A stretch of 64,000 nucleotides of DNA, from contig OX597832.1 in the NCBI GenBank assembly GCA_951406725.2, positions 42,780,001 to 42,844,000 on the forward strand. Direction: 5' to 3'. This DNA comes from Octopus vulgaris (taxonomy: Eukaryota). The notes beneath the pieces were generated by a model. That model saw nothing but the letters and a program-made list of their open reading frames with translations, was not told the origin of the DNA and did no database searches. How positions within the stretch are numbered: the first letter of the stretch is position 1; every line of letters begins with the position of its first letter. This document shows positions 25,310 to 39,902 of this stretch, in pieces. The position numbers and the translations under genes were made by a program.

Positions 25310-25389
25310 CTGCGAAAAGCAAATCAATTAAAATTCTGAGATCTTTTCGCAGAGGGATAAAAAATGGTAAATATATATATATATATATA

Positions 25390-26600
25390 CGACGGGCTTC
25401 TTTTAGTTTCCGTCTACCACTTACAAGGCTTTGATATACGCCCGAAGATATAGGTAGAAGACACTTGTCCAAGATGCCACGCAGTGGGACTGAACCCGGG
25501 ACTATGTGGTTGAGAAGCAAGTTTCTTCGCACACTGTCACTCCCGCGCCACTTACCCTCATTATCTGTTTCCAAAACCTCCCTCACCACTTTTACCCGCT
25601 CCCGGGGATTTATCCTTGATGTATTCACACCGAATAAAGAAAATCGATGTGACAAAATAAATAAATCAATAATTGAATGAATAAATATTAAATAAATAAA
25701 ACAAAAGAAATAGACTGCTGGATGATGTCATCCATGGTTAACACTAGAATCCAATTCTAATTAGTTGGTCACCAACGTGACGAATGGCACATGACGCGCA
25801 CGTACACACAGACACACACATAGAGAAGAGATACATAAATGCATGCACACTGATAGACAGTTACACACACACACACACACACCTACATAAGCACAGATAT
25901 ATTTTTTGTAGTCAAGGCGGTGAGCTGGCAGAAACGTTAGCACGCCGAGCGAAATGCTTAGCGGTATTTCGTCTGCCGTTACGTTGTGAGTTCAAATTCC
26001 GCTGAGGTCGGCTTTGCCTTTCATCCTTTCGGGGTCGATTATTAAGTACCAGTTACGCACCAGTGCGTAACTGGTACATACATACATACGTCGATGTAAT
26101 CGATTTAATCCCTTTGTCTGTCCTTGTTTGTCATCGCTGTGTTTAGTCCCTTGTGGGTAGTAAAGAAATAGGTATTTCATCTGCCGCTACGTTGTGAGTT
26201 CAAATTCCGCCGAGGTCGACTTTGCCTTTCATCCTTTCGAATGTGTCTTGCTCAAGGACACAACGCGCGGCCGGGAATCGAATTCACAACTTTACGATCG
26301 AGAGCCGAATAACCTAAGCACCTAGCCACGTGCCCTCAACCGAGTCCACTCACAAATCTTTGGTAAACCTGAAGCTATAGTAGAAGACACTTTGCCTTTC
26401 ATCCTTTCGGGGTCGATAAATTAAGTACCAGTTACGCATTGGGGTCGATGTAATCGACTTAATCTCCTTGTCTGTCCTTGTTTGTCCCCTCTATGTTTAG
26501 CCCCTTGTGGGCAATAAAGAAATACGAAGACACTTGTCCATGATGCAACGCAGTGGGAACGAACCCGGAACCATGTCGTAAGGAAGCAAACTTCTTAACC
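25390..26600. mobile_element. Cluster of SINE B (-), SINE A (+, tandem 25914-26240 and 26390-26525) and SINE D (-) pieces
   Basis: Homology to family copies. Confidence 0.85.
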
Positions 26601-27175
26601 ATAAGCAATGTTTTTTCACAAAGTTCATTCCATCCTGACCCAAACAAAATTATCTGCCGATCGGAGGTTCGGAGTGAGGCTTCCATTTCCAACTAGTAAT
26701 AGAGATTACGTCATACTGTTCATGCCCCGAAGCCAGATGTATCTCCTTATTGCATGAATCGAATCCACTGGAGAGGCTTCTGTGTGAGATAAGCAGAGCA
26801 ATTTAACTGGTTTCCAGTCTTTATTATTACTGTATATTATATTATATTACGATATAATATTATATTTACAGGAAATGATAAGGGAACGGTGCGTCTTCAT
26901 GGATATGAGGAAAATGTTGATATTCAAATAATGTGAATATTTTTTGTGTAAAATTAAATTTCTGCTGAATATATATTGTATATATACGTATTGAGTGCGT
27001 TTTTTTCCCGGTTAATGTTTAAATAATTCTATGTCAAATTATGTATATCAATTACATACGCACGTGCACGCACGTATACACACGTGTATGTGCATGTATG
27101 TATGTATGTATGTATGTATGTATGTATGTATGTATGTATGTATGTATGTATGCATGTATGTACGTACGTACGTAC

Positions 27176-27206
<31 letters not shown>

Positions 27207-27677
27207 TGTATGTATGTATGTATGTGTGTGTGTATGTATGTATGTACGTACATACGTATGTATGTATGCACGTACGTATGTATGTATGTATGTATGTATG
27301 TATGTATGTATGTATGTATGTATGTATGCATGTATGTATGTATGTATGTATGTGTGTATGTATGTATGTATGTATGTATGTATGTATTTATGCATGCATG
27401 TATACGTGTATATATGTCTCTATGCCTGTCTGTCTATCCGCCTGCCTGTCTGCCTCTTTGTGTCTGTCTGTCTCTGTTCGTCTGTCTGTCTGCCTATATC
27501 TCTCTCTCTTCCTCCCTCTCTCTCTATATATATACGTATGCATGCATGCATGTATGTATGTATACATGTATGTATGCGTGTATGTATGCGTGTATGTATG
27601 TCTCTATGTCTGTCTGTCTATCTATCTGTTTGTCTCTGTCTCTGTCTGTCTGTCTCTCTTCCCCCTCTCTCTCTCTG

Positions 27678-27723
<46 letters not shown>

Positions 27724-27736
27724 AAGAGATAGATAG

Positions 27737-27796
<60 letters not shown>

Positions 27797-27950
27797 GTGC
27801 ATGTATACCTGTAAATACATATTTTATGTATGTATCCATGCATACATGTATGTAATTGTGTGTAAGTGCTTACATGTATATACAGCTGTTTGTGTTCTGT
27901 ATGTGTATATGCCTAAGTATATGTTTTTTTAATGCTTGTATCTCTATAAG

Positions 27951-28046
27951 AACGGACACCGGAAACTGTATTGTGATGACAAATGAGATGGTATTACTGT
28001 GGTGGAAATATCCCAATCTGTACAGACACTCTCCAGGAAATGTGGC
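27951..28046 (+). CDS. Candidate 96-bp exon of an unidentified gene
   Basis: Unique island between microsatellites. Pyrimidine-rich acceptor ...TATCTCTATAAG| and donor GC|GTAAGT. One fully open frame (TDTGNCIVMTNEMVLLWWKYPNLYRHSPGNV); alternatively ATG at 27983 gives MRWYYCGGNIPICTDTLQEMW. Confidence 0.35.
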
Positions 28047-28218
28047 GTAAGTACTGTATTGAATATGGTAGTCGATGATTGATTGGCAGGAAGATAGATA
28101 AGTTTGTAAGTAGGTACGTAGACTGTTAAACAGATAGATGAGTACGTAGATTGTTAAGCAGCTAAATAAATAGAGACAGTCATATAAATATACAGACAGA
28201 CAGAGAGATAGACAGTCG

Positions 28219-28275
<57 letters not shown>

Positions 28276-28328
28276 GTGGATAGATAGATAGGATAGGATG
28301 GATAGACAGATAGATAGATAGATAGATG

Positions 28329-28373
<45 letters not shown>

Positions 28374-28569
28374 TAGGTAGGTAGATAGATAGATAGATAG
28401 GATAGGATAGGTAGGCAGTTAAAGAGTTGGATTGTAGACAGACTAATAGATTCGTAGACAGATAGATGGACAGATTGATAGATGGATGGTTAATCGGTTG
28501 GATAGCGAAAGCAAAGAGACACATGTAAGCATACATAAATCTATATACAGCTCTATGTATGTATGTTTA

Positions 28570-28619
<50 letters not shown>

Positions 28620-28679
28620 CAAAAATCATAACTTTTAAACGCCCTTTGCGTTTATCCGAAACAGATGCACACTCTAAAA

Positions 28680-28865
28680 CAGGGTTTCTGAACCAATTTT
28701 TATTTATGTGGAACCCTTTGATTACTTTTTTATTCTGGTGGGCCCCCATAGCCATTTGATGTTTAAAAACCAGTTTTATAGAAACTTCTTACTCAAAATT
28801 TCTATTTTGGTTTTCCCACTTCAAGTGGTGTAGGCTGAGCTATGTAACATGCTAGAGAAAGAAAT
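28680..28865 (+). mobile_element. Probable hAT MITE left-end fragment
   Basis: CAGGGTTTCTGAACC terminus with GGAACCC/GGGCCCCC subterminal motifs. No right TIR found. Confidence 0.4.
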
Positions 28866-29489
28866 CCATATGTGGCTCTCCAAGGATGTGATATGTATGT
28901 ATGTATATAAATGTACTCCCAAACACATACACACGCACACACACACACACACATACACCACGATCCTTCACACGATTCTGCCTACCAAATTCACTCACAA
29001 CTCATTGGTCAGCTTCGCACAGCAGTTTCCGCGCAGTGGAATTGAACCTGAAACTACCAGATTCAAATAGCCGAACGAGGAACAAATACATTGCGGTCAG
29101 TTAATTTTGTAAACCAAAAAATATTTCTCCGCGTAGGAGTTATGCAGGCAGGAAGGGATTAACTCCCTTACATCGACTCTAGCCGTAATGATATTCGAAG
29201 AAATTGCGGTGGGTCTATTCAACGAATGGGGAATTCCAAGTTTGTAGTTGGAAACATTTTAAATGTGGGCATTGACTAAATACTTCTTCCCTGGAGTTTA
29301 AACATTTCTCCGGTTGGAGCGAGTTTTAATTCATGATCCTTGCTCTCTCAACCAAGCAAAGCTTATGTCGTTTGCTCCCAGTTGTTCAAAAAGCTTCCAT
29401 TTAAATATGTATTCATGGCTCTCCAAGGATGTGATATGTATGTATATAAATGTACTCCCAAACACATACACACACACACACAAACACAC

Positions 29490-29520
<31 letters not shown>

Positions 29521-29640
29521 TACAAACACACACACATACCACGTGCTTCACACGATTCTGCCTAGCAAATTCGCTCACAATTCATTGGTCAGCTTCGCAC
29601 AGCAATTTCCGCGCAGTGGAACTGAACCTGAAACTACGTG
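28866..29640 (+). repeat. Local duplication of ~200 bp (28870-29060 and 29412-29638) that includes a decayed SINE B piece
   Basis: TGGCTCTCCAAGGATGTGATATG...GAACCTGAAACTAC occurs twice. Confidence 0.85.
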
Positions 29641-30029
29641 CTTGCAATGCAAGCTTCGTAACCACATTGCCATGCCTACTCATTACACTAAATTCTCCCA
29701 TAAAAGTTCTGTTTTATATGAGAAAAGTTACCATGGAAATAAAAACTTATGAGAATATGTCGAATAATTGTCATGAGAATCAAATACAAGCGGTATTCGT
29801 GTTAACAACTGTATACAAATATATAGACATATATAAATATATAGACATACATAATATACATGTATGGCTGTATGTGTATGTGTGTTGCAATGGCAGTGGT
29901 GATAGCCGTATTGTGTGTGAAAGTGTATATATTTCTGTCTAATCATTTGCGTATATGTATGTAAAGGATAAAACTAGGATATCATTCTCAAGTTGTACGT
30001 GTCGTATCGGTTAATAGATTAGATATGTA

Positions 30030-30037
30030 TAAATAAG

Positions 30038-30069
<32 letters not shown>

Positions 30070-30102
30070 GTGTGTGTGTGTATGTATATATATATATATA
30101 GG

Positions 30103-30139
<37 letters not shown>

Positions 30140-30531
30140 GTACATATATGTAAAAAAATATATATGTATGTATATTTATATGTACATATACGTATGTATA
30201 TATATATATGTATATACGTATATATATATGTATGTATGCATATATATAAGTATATATATATATATGTATTTTTACATGTGTATATATATATGTAATTACA
30301 TATATACATATATATATATATATACATATAACGCTTACATATATATATATACGCATATACATTTATGCGCATATATATGTATATATTGTATTTCTATGTA
30401 TGTATATATGTATGTGTGTCTATGCTTGAGTATAAAAACCTAATGCAATATTACTATTATTATTACTATTATTATTACTATTATTATTATTACTATTATT
30501 ATTATCATTATTATTATTATTATTATTATTA

Positions 30532-30574
<43 letters not shown>

Positions 30575-30582
30575 CATTATTA

Positions 30583-30647
<65 letters not shown>

Positions 30648-31080
30648 GTATTCCCTCGTGCCTTTCACTCTGCATATATGTAAAGAAAACTACATTTTCA
30701 ACGCCTAGTATCTTCATCTTTCCTTCTCTCGCTTACACTCAAACGCGCGCGCGCGCAAGCTCATTTCTCTCTCTCTGTATCTATCTATCTTTATCTCTCT
30801 CTCTCTCTCTCGTGCGTATTTTCTTTCTCTGTTAATCGTTATCCGTGTATATGTATGCATGTGTGTATATGTATGCATGTGTGTATCTGTGTGTCTATGT
30901 ATGTACGGTTCTGTGTCTCTGTCTGGTTTTTTCTGTGTGTACTTGAATGAATTGGTGTACGTGAGTCCAAACCACATTAAAAAAAGATCTCTCGTAGTTT
31001 AAACTTAATACTATCATATATTAATTCCTACTTTATCATACATAGTAATAGAAATAGACAGAGATAAATGGGTGTGCATG

Positions 31081-31126
<46 letters not shown>

Positions 31127-31332
31127 GACACGCACATATATAATATATACATATATGTACACACACACATATATATATATACACGTATACAAATATATAT
31201 ATATACATATATATATACATATATATACATATGCACACATATATGCACACACATATATATATATGCATCTATATATATATGTATACATATATATGTATAT
31301 ATATATATACACACACACACATATATATATAT

Positions 31333-31419
<87 letters not shown>

Positions 31420-31456
31420 TATACATATATATATGTGTGTATATATATTCAATATT

Positions 31457-31494
<38 letters not shown>

Positions 31495-31620
31495 TACATA
31501 TGTATAAATGTATGTTCATATATGCAAGCATATATATGTGTGTCTGTATAGATAGAGCTATTGAGATATGTATATATGTATGTACGTGTGTGTGTGTGTG
31601 TGTTTGTGTGTGTATGCATA
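30030..31620. repeat. Degenerate (TA)n/(ATT)n/(CA)n microsatellite field
   Basis: Direct reading. Confidence 0.95.
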
Positions 31621-32224
31621 AGCAGTTTAGAAAGAAATCTCCACAAAATGTATGTAAATAAAAAGAAAATAAACTTATTTAAAAAAAAAAATGTCAAATA
31701 AGAAAGGAGATAAAAAAAAAAACCCCAAATAAACGATAACTGCACGAAAAGACAACATAAAAAAAAAATTTAATTGAATGATAAAACTATTTACATGAGA
31801 AACGGGTGCAATGTATACCCGTAGTGGAAATATTTAGTAATATTAATATCAACGCAAAGTTCACGTACCCAAGACATAGTTGGAATTCCAATCTGTTGTG
31901 GGGACAATGGTTAAAAAAATAAAAGACGTCGACAACAACGACAACAACAACAAAAATAACACGAACACACGACGCCAATAACAATAACAATAATGATAGT
32001 CACAACGACTCAAAAATTCCTGGAAATATCAAATGTAAAGAATTTAAGAAAAAAAAAATTATAAATAAAATTCGAGAATTTACAAAAAATTGAGAGTATA
32101 TTATTGTACGTGTTGTTTAATATATACATAATTTATATACACAATCGTACAAATATACATACATACGTACACGTGCGAACGCACACATATAAAATAACAT
32201 GCAAACTCATACTTACACACAAAT

Positions 32225-32372
32225 GTGTGTGGTAAGAAGATTACTTGCTAAACACATGGTCCGGGTTCAGTCCCATTGCGTGGCAACTTAAGCAAGAGTC
32301 TTCTGCTATAGTCTTGGTCCGATCAAAGTCTTGTGAGTGGATTTGGTAGACAGAAACTGAAAGAAGCCCGTC

Positions 32373-32447
<75 letters not shown>

Positions 32448-33322
32448 GAGTGGCTGTGTGGTAAGTAGCTTGCTTACCAACCACATGGTTCCGGGTTCAG
32501 TCCCACTGTGTGGCACCGTGGGCAAGTGTATTCGACTATAGCCTCGGGCCAACCAAAGCCTTGTGAGTGGATTTGGTAGACTGAAACTGAAAGAAGCCCG
32601 TCATATATATGTGTGTGTGTGTGTGTGTGTGTTTGTCACCCCCAACCTCGCTTGACAACCGATGTTGGTGTATTTACGTCCTCGTATCTTAGCAGTTCGG
32701 CAAAAGAGACCGATAGAATAAGTACTATTCTTACAAAGAATAAGTCCTGGAGTCGATTTGCTTGACTAAAGGCGGTATCCAGCATGGCCGCAGTCAAATG
32801 ACTGAAACAAATAAAACAGTAAAAGAGAGTATATATATTTGTGTGTGTATGTGTGCGTGTTTGTGTGTGTCTGTGTTTGTCCCCTCACCATCGCTTGACC
32901 ACCGATGCTGGTATGTTTATGTTCCCGCAAACTAGCGGTTTGGCAAAAGAGACCGATAGAATAAGTACAAGTTTTCAAAGAATATGTCTTTGGGTTGACT
33001 TGTTCGACTACAACCTTTCAAGGTGGTGCTCCAGCATGTCTGCGGTCAAATGTCCCAGAGAGCACTTTCACTTCATCCCTTCTACTTCCAGTCATTTCAG
33101 AAAAGTAACCTCACGTGGGCTGTCGGCGACTTTTTCATCCTTTTTCCTTCTTTCCCTTTGGACTCGCCTTGTTTTCTTGTTTCCCAAAAAGAGCTATGCT
33201 CGAAACGTAAAGCAACTACTCTCTGCATTCTCTGAGCGTTTTAATACATTACTCGTGTTATGTCTTCACGTTTGTTTTGCTTTCTTTTCTTTTTCAATTC
33301 ACTATATATATATATATATATG

Positions 33323-33354
<32 letters not shown>

Positions 33355-33803
33355 TGTATGTATGTATGTATGTAGGTATGTATGTATGTATATGTGTGTG
33401 TGTATGCGTAGGAGTGGCTGTGTGGTAAGAAGTTTGCTTACCAACCACATGGTTCCGTGTTCAGTCCCACTGCGTAGCACCGTGGGCAAGTATCTTCTAC
33501 TATAGCCCCGGGCCGACCAAAGCTTTGTGATTGGATTTGGTAGACGGAAACTGAAAGAAGCCCGTAATATATATATGTATGTGTGTATATGCGTTTGTGT
33601 GTCTGTGTTTGTCCCCCCCAACATCGCTTGACAACCGATGCTGGTGTGTTTACGTCCCCGTAACTTAGCGGTTCGGCAAAAGAGACCGATTGAATACGTA
33701 CTAGTCTTACAAAGATTAAGTCCTAGGGTCGATTTGCTCGACTAAAAGCGGTGCTCCAGCATGGCCACAGTCAAATGACTGGAACAAGTTAAAGAGTAAA
33801 AAG
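32225..33803 (+). mobile_element. Cluster of SINE B copies (32225-32375, 32446-32826, 32860-33050, 33408-33803)
   Basis: Homology to family copies. Confidence 0.9.
33110..33303 (+). mobile_element. Decayed relative of the 20543-20747 element with a broken HHR core
   Basis: GTTTC-CCAAAA-AGAGC-TAT-GCTC-GAAACGTA-AAGC...CTGAGCGT..AATA..., ending in (TA)n. The CUGANGA box is lost. Confidence 0.6.
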
Positions 33804-33809
33804 AGCAGA

Positions 33810-33862
<53 letters not shown>

Positions 33863-34419
33863 ATTGTGTTCCTCTTATGTATATATATTAAACAACACGT
33901 ACAATAATATATACACGTATGCATATTTGCCTGTATGTATGTGTGTATATTTGCATAAATATGCAAGCATGTATGTGTATGTGTGGGTTGGTGTTGATGA
34001 AGACATACACGCTCCTGTTTTTGTGATATATCTGCAAGAATGTATGTTATGCGAACACACACATAATCTTCCTCTTTCTCCCTTTCTCTCTCGCTCTCTC
34101 CCTCTCTCCCCCTCTCTCTCAACAACAACTAAAGACACCACCTTGACGACGACGATGACAACGATAACAACGCCAAGAACAGCAACAAGAGACGTTGACA
34201 GATGTAACAATTACTTACAAGACATATACTGGAATTACCAATTTTTAATTGGCCGTATGAAGGAATTCGGGAAAAAGACACCGAAATAAAACTGAGGCAA
34301 TAACGATAACAACATCAAAAAAAAAATTAATAATAATAATAATAATAAATAGCAGAGACAGCAATAAAAACAATAACTACAATAAGAATAATTGTAACAA
34401 TTTCTTAATCACATATGTA

Positions 34420-34484
<65 letters not shown>

Positions 34485-34503
34485 ATATATATATATATAT
34501 ATG

Positions 34504-34579
<76 letters not shown>

Positions 34580-34888
34580 CATATATGTGTGTGTGTGTGT
34601 GTGTGTATAAAGGCATGCGTACGTACATATACAGGCAAACATGAATCTTATATTATTTTGTTCATTAAAAGAAAGCTAAGCAGATGGGAAGGAAGAGTTG
34701 GACAAGAGTGGGGAAGGGGGACGTGGGGAAAATATCTGTCAAAATGGAGTCAAATCTAAGAGGAATGACCTGTTTTTCTTATTCCGTTTCTTTATAAGGA
34801 ACTATTTATTCAAATGGCATTATGTAATTACATCAAAATATTTCTTCTGTTTCTATGTTTGTGTATACACATATATATATATATATAC

Positions 34889-34945
<57 letters not shown>

Positions 34946-36846
34946 TGCATGCATGTATGTATGTATATAAATGTATGTATGTATATATATATATAAATGT
35001 ATGCATATATATGTATGTATAAATACTTATGTATATATGTATAATAATGTTTATATATAAAAAGAATAGGGTTTTATATATATATATACATACATATGTC
35101 TGTGTGTATTATGTATGCTAGTATGCATGGAATTATATATAAGTTTATGCGTGCGGGTGTATGCTGGAATGTATTACGTATTAAGTATTTATATATATAC
35201 AAACATATTTTTCCGTTCGTTTTCAATCACTCGAATTCTTCCTAGGAAGACAGAACTACATTTTAGCAAAACAAAATATGTAAAAAAAAAAAAGCAAATT
35301 CCTCACCGCTGGAATTTGAGAGGAATAACGAAACAATAAGTGTTACAGATTGAACTTTCGCAGAGCCTTACATATCTATATTGTTGCGGTTCTAGATTCT
35401 AATTGTTAGGTGCGTGATAACTTATCTTATGATTTTCCTGAAAACCCTTTCAAATTGCCTGGAAAGCCTTTGAAATTATCACAAAAAGTATTTGTTAATA
35501 TAACGAAGTGCTTTATTAATTATTGCTCTGAATGTGAATTTATAATCAGGAAGAGAAAGCTGCAGGGTTGCGAGGTAGTCGTTCCTAAATATTCTCCTTC
35601 TCACAGATTTTGAAAGGGATATTCATATCTACTTTATGAACTCTATGACCGTACAGGATTTCTTTTTTCTACTCTAAACAAGTACAAAATATCCAGTATT
35701 TACTAAGAAGATCATAGACTCAAGTATTTGGCGCCTGAAAAAGTTGCATGATCATTTTAGGTGCACCCAAATGTCAGCTGCACATATTCAGGAAAACAGG
35801 ATTTAAGTGCATTAAAACATATAGTATTGACCCAACTTCACATCTAGGACCTAGGGCTATATTTTTGAAAAGAAGATGCGTTTTATATCGTCAAATGCGG
35901 ATTATTTATTCCAGGGCAGTCTTTTCTATTGTTGCCATTTCATAATGTAATAACATCTTCGACTGTGTTACAATAGGCAGTATTAACTTGATAACATGTG
36001 AAATATCTTCCATAGAAATATTACTCAAATGACATTTGCTTTTTATTTGGTAGCATCTTGGAGATTCAGGAGCTTCGTTAAGAATTTTGTAGCTATCTCC
36101 TGTTCTTAGATTTCAAGGATAATGTTTCAGACTCTAAAATGACAAGGGTTGGGTTTAAGACCATTACAAGAAATACTTTTTAACTTCTAAGAAATAACCA
36201 TAATTGAAGTGTAAGGGAACTTATGGTAGTTTTGATATCTACACCGTTTCGTAGTTTAACAAACCCTGTCTAAAACATGAAGGATAACAGCCAGTGACAC
36301 ACAAAAAATAGACTGTACAACTTTGTAACACGCCTCATTACAATCTAGTCCTCATGTGAACCCCAAAATCTGATGGTACAAGGAAAATGGAAATGTTTTA
36401 AAAGCGATGTTTGCAGTGTACACTAAGGACATCCATACATGATAAGCATAGACAGGCTTCCATAAGAACAGGTTTCTACAAGAGAAAACCAATTACCACA
36501 TTCACGACTACGAGGTGGATGAAATGACTTGACCATGTATGAAGACAGTCACCCGATACTGCGTAATACCTGCATTCTATAATGACCTGCAAAATCTCAA
36601 CTCCCCCTATACTAGTGGCAAAGGACGTCTTCCTGGGTTTAAAATGTAGCAACATTGTTCTATATAGAACAGCCATATTATAGTGGCAAAAAAAATCGTT
36701 ACCGTCTTCTATTATTACTACGTATATCTAATTTAGAGGTTTTAGAACTAGCTATTTTGCTCGTTGCGAGATCAGCAGCTGTCTGGCGCTTCTGTTTATA
36801 TATTGTGAGTAGGGACGATTGACTGCCATCTCTAGCAAGCAAGTGT

Positions 36847-36891
36847 CCAGTACCGATGAAGGGTAAAGACCCAGAAACCATGGACTACTGG
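36847..36891 (+). ncRNA. Type I hammerhead motif with two core substitutions
   Basis: CCAGTA-CCGATGA-A-GGGT-AAAG-ACCC-A-GAAA-CCATGGAC^TACTGG: perfect 6-bp stem I, 4-bp stem II, palindromic stem III. U4 reads C and the cleavage triplet is GAC. Confidence 0.6.
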
Positions 36892-37821
36892 TCTTTCCAA
36901 GCTGAGGAGTGATTCGTCGTTCCCTTACTCACAATATATCGGACACAGATTGTCTGTCGTTAACCAGCTGTCGTTAACCAGTTGAGGTTAAAATGTAGTA
37001 ACATTGTTTTTTATAGAACAGCTATGTTATAGTGGCAAAAAACGTTACAGTCAAGGATTGTTACTATTTATACCTCGTTTCGATATTTTAGAACTAAATA
37101 TTGTATTATGTTATAATAAATATCAAAGGATGGAGTTAACATAACATTTTACTACATCGTTTACAATCGTTTCATCATATTCCTATACAGCTAATCTTAC
37201 ATAATGCTGATTAATTTCCATGTGGTGTGTAGTATTATTATTATAACTCATGCTGGTAATAATTCTTTAAATTTCGTAAACAATAATAATGCTGATTGAT
37301 TGATTCTGTTATCTCGTTAATGAATACATTTCCATGATTCTAACTTCGGCCGGTCTGAGTAATCACATCTGCGGAAGAGAAACAAAAGAATACGGAGAAC
37401 CATAGGAATAAAGACGGATTCTATAGAATTTGACGAGATAATTAACTTCGTTATATATTGACAAAGCTCATCGCTATAAACGAATATCCAGCTGCGACGC
37501 CTCCTATAAATAAATTAAGATGTCCAAAAGCTCTGACAGTCTTGAATCCGAGCGGCGTCGCGGTTCCTGTCTTTTAATTCCGCATCAAACTTTCTGTTAT
37601 ATAACGCGTGTTTGTATAAGTGCGTATGTGTGTGTGTGTGTTGGTGTGTATGCGTGTGTTGGTATGTGTGTGACGCGTGTATGTATTTATGCATATAAGC
37701 ATGTAGCTGTATGTGTGTATGAATGTATGTATAAGTGTGTGTGCGTGTGTACGTGCGTGTATTACGTTTGTGCATGAGCATGTATGGACACTTGTATGTA
37801 AGCACATATAGAATATATATG

Positions 37822-38162
37822 AAGGCGCATGGCTCAGTGGTTAGAGCGTCGAGCTTACGATCGTGAGGTTGTGAGCTCGAATCCCGGACCGGGCTGGGTG
37901 TTGTGTTCTTGAGCAAGGCACTTTATTTCACGTTGCTCCAGTTCACTCAGCTGTAGAAATGAGTTGCGACGTCACTGGTGCCAAGCTGTATCGGCCCTTG
38001 CCTTTCCTTTGGATAACACTGGTGGCGTGGAGAGGGGAGGCCGGTATGCATGGGCGACTGCTGGTCTTCCATAAACAACCTTGCCCGGACTTGTGTCTAG
38101 GAGGGTAACTTTCTAGGTGCAATCCCATGGTCATTCATGACCGAAGGGGGTCTTTACCCTTT
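37822..38162 (+). mobile_element. tRNA-derived SINE family D, full length
   Basis: A box TGGCTCAGTGG, B box GAGCTCGAATCCC, CORE-like TCTTGAGCAAGGCACTTTA, 3' end TTTACCCTTTA. Confidence 0.85.
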
Positions 38163-38296
38163 ATATATATACACACGAAACAGCTGACAGACAGATAGAT
38201 ATATAGACAGACAGACAGACAGATAAATAGATAAATAGATAGATAAATATTTAGCTTGTTAGATAGATAGATAGATTGATAGATAGATAGATAGAT

Positions 38297-38327
<31 letters not shown>

Positions 38328-38330
38328 TAG

Positions 38331-38406
<76 letters not shown>

Positions 38407-38492
38407 TTAGATAGATAGGTAGGTTGATAGGAAGTTATATAATCAAAACAAAGAAACTAAGTTAGTCTGTATACGTATGAGAGGCAGAGAAA

Positions 38493-38548
<56 letters not shown>

Positions 38549-39030
38549 GTGAGTGAGTGAGTGAGTGAGTGAGGGAGTGAGAGTACGTGTGAAAGGAAGA
38601 GGAACAGATAGAATATCGTTTCTCTGAATTAAATTAAAAGTTGCTTGAATAATTCGTCCTAAATTTCCTGGTTCCCTAAAATCAACAAACAACAGTTCTG
38701 AGAAACGAAAGAGCCCTCGAAGACGAGCCTCTACTTTCTTTGTGTCTTTCCTATCCTCTCTCTGTTTATCTGTCTGTCAATCTATTCTCCATCTCTCTCT
38801 CCGTCTAGCCTGTCTGTCTGAAAGACCCTCTCTTGATATCTGTCTGTCTATTTTCTACAACTCCACTTTCTCTCTCTCTCTCTCCATCACTTCCCACCTC
38901 CCTTTCACTCTTTCTCTCTCTTTCTATCTCACGCTCTCTCTCTCTCTCTCTCTCTCTATCTACCTATCCGTCTAGCCTGCCTGTCTTAACGACCCTGTCT
39001 TGATATCTGTCTATCTATCTTCTACAACAC

Positions 39031-39064
<34 letters not shown>

Positions 39065-39142
39065 CTCTCTCTCTCTCTCTCTACATGTCTGTCTATCTAT
39101 CTAACTGTCTGTCTGTCTATCTATCTATCTATCTCTCTGCCC

Positions 39143-39287
<145 letters not shown>

Positions 39288-39390
39288 ACCTGACCGTCTT
39301 CAAATTTTTCTTTGTCTCAGTCGCTATCTCTATTTCCGTTGCTCCAACCATCACTCTTTATCTAACTCTATCTGTTTTCATGTTTCTCTC

Positions 39391-39454
<64 letters not shown>

Positions 39455-39723
39455 CCACTCCTTGGTGTGTTTATTTACCTGTCCCTGCCTTTGTGTGTCT
39501 CTCTCTCTTTCTCTCCCTCCACATATGCACGTACATATATAATGGAAGTTAGTCCTTATCTATATATAGATATTGGCATGTGTATACATATATAAAAACT
39601 ATATACACACATATAAAAACACACGCATATATATGCATATATATATGTAGACACAAATAAATGCTATATATACATATGCATGGGTGCATGTGCTAATACA
39701 TATATCCTTTAGAGATATCTAGC

Positions 39724-39773
<50 letters not shown>

Positions 39774-39802
39774 TGTTAATAATAATAATAATAATAATAA
39801 TC

Positions 39803-39902
<100 letters not shown>

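Larger units (their letters stand above)
24077..25370 (-). mobile_element. Non-coding retrozyme/Penelope-like element: two ~347-bp near-identical direct repeats around a ~530-bp core, flanked by (TA)n
   Basis: Repeats at 24077-24422 and 25023-25370, plus an extra partial copy at 24955-25005. Each full repeat contains a hammerhead-like motif. No meaningful ORF. Confidence 0.8.
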
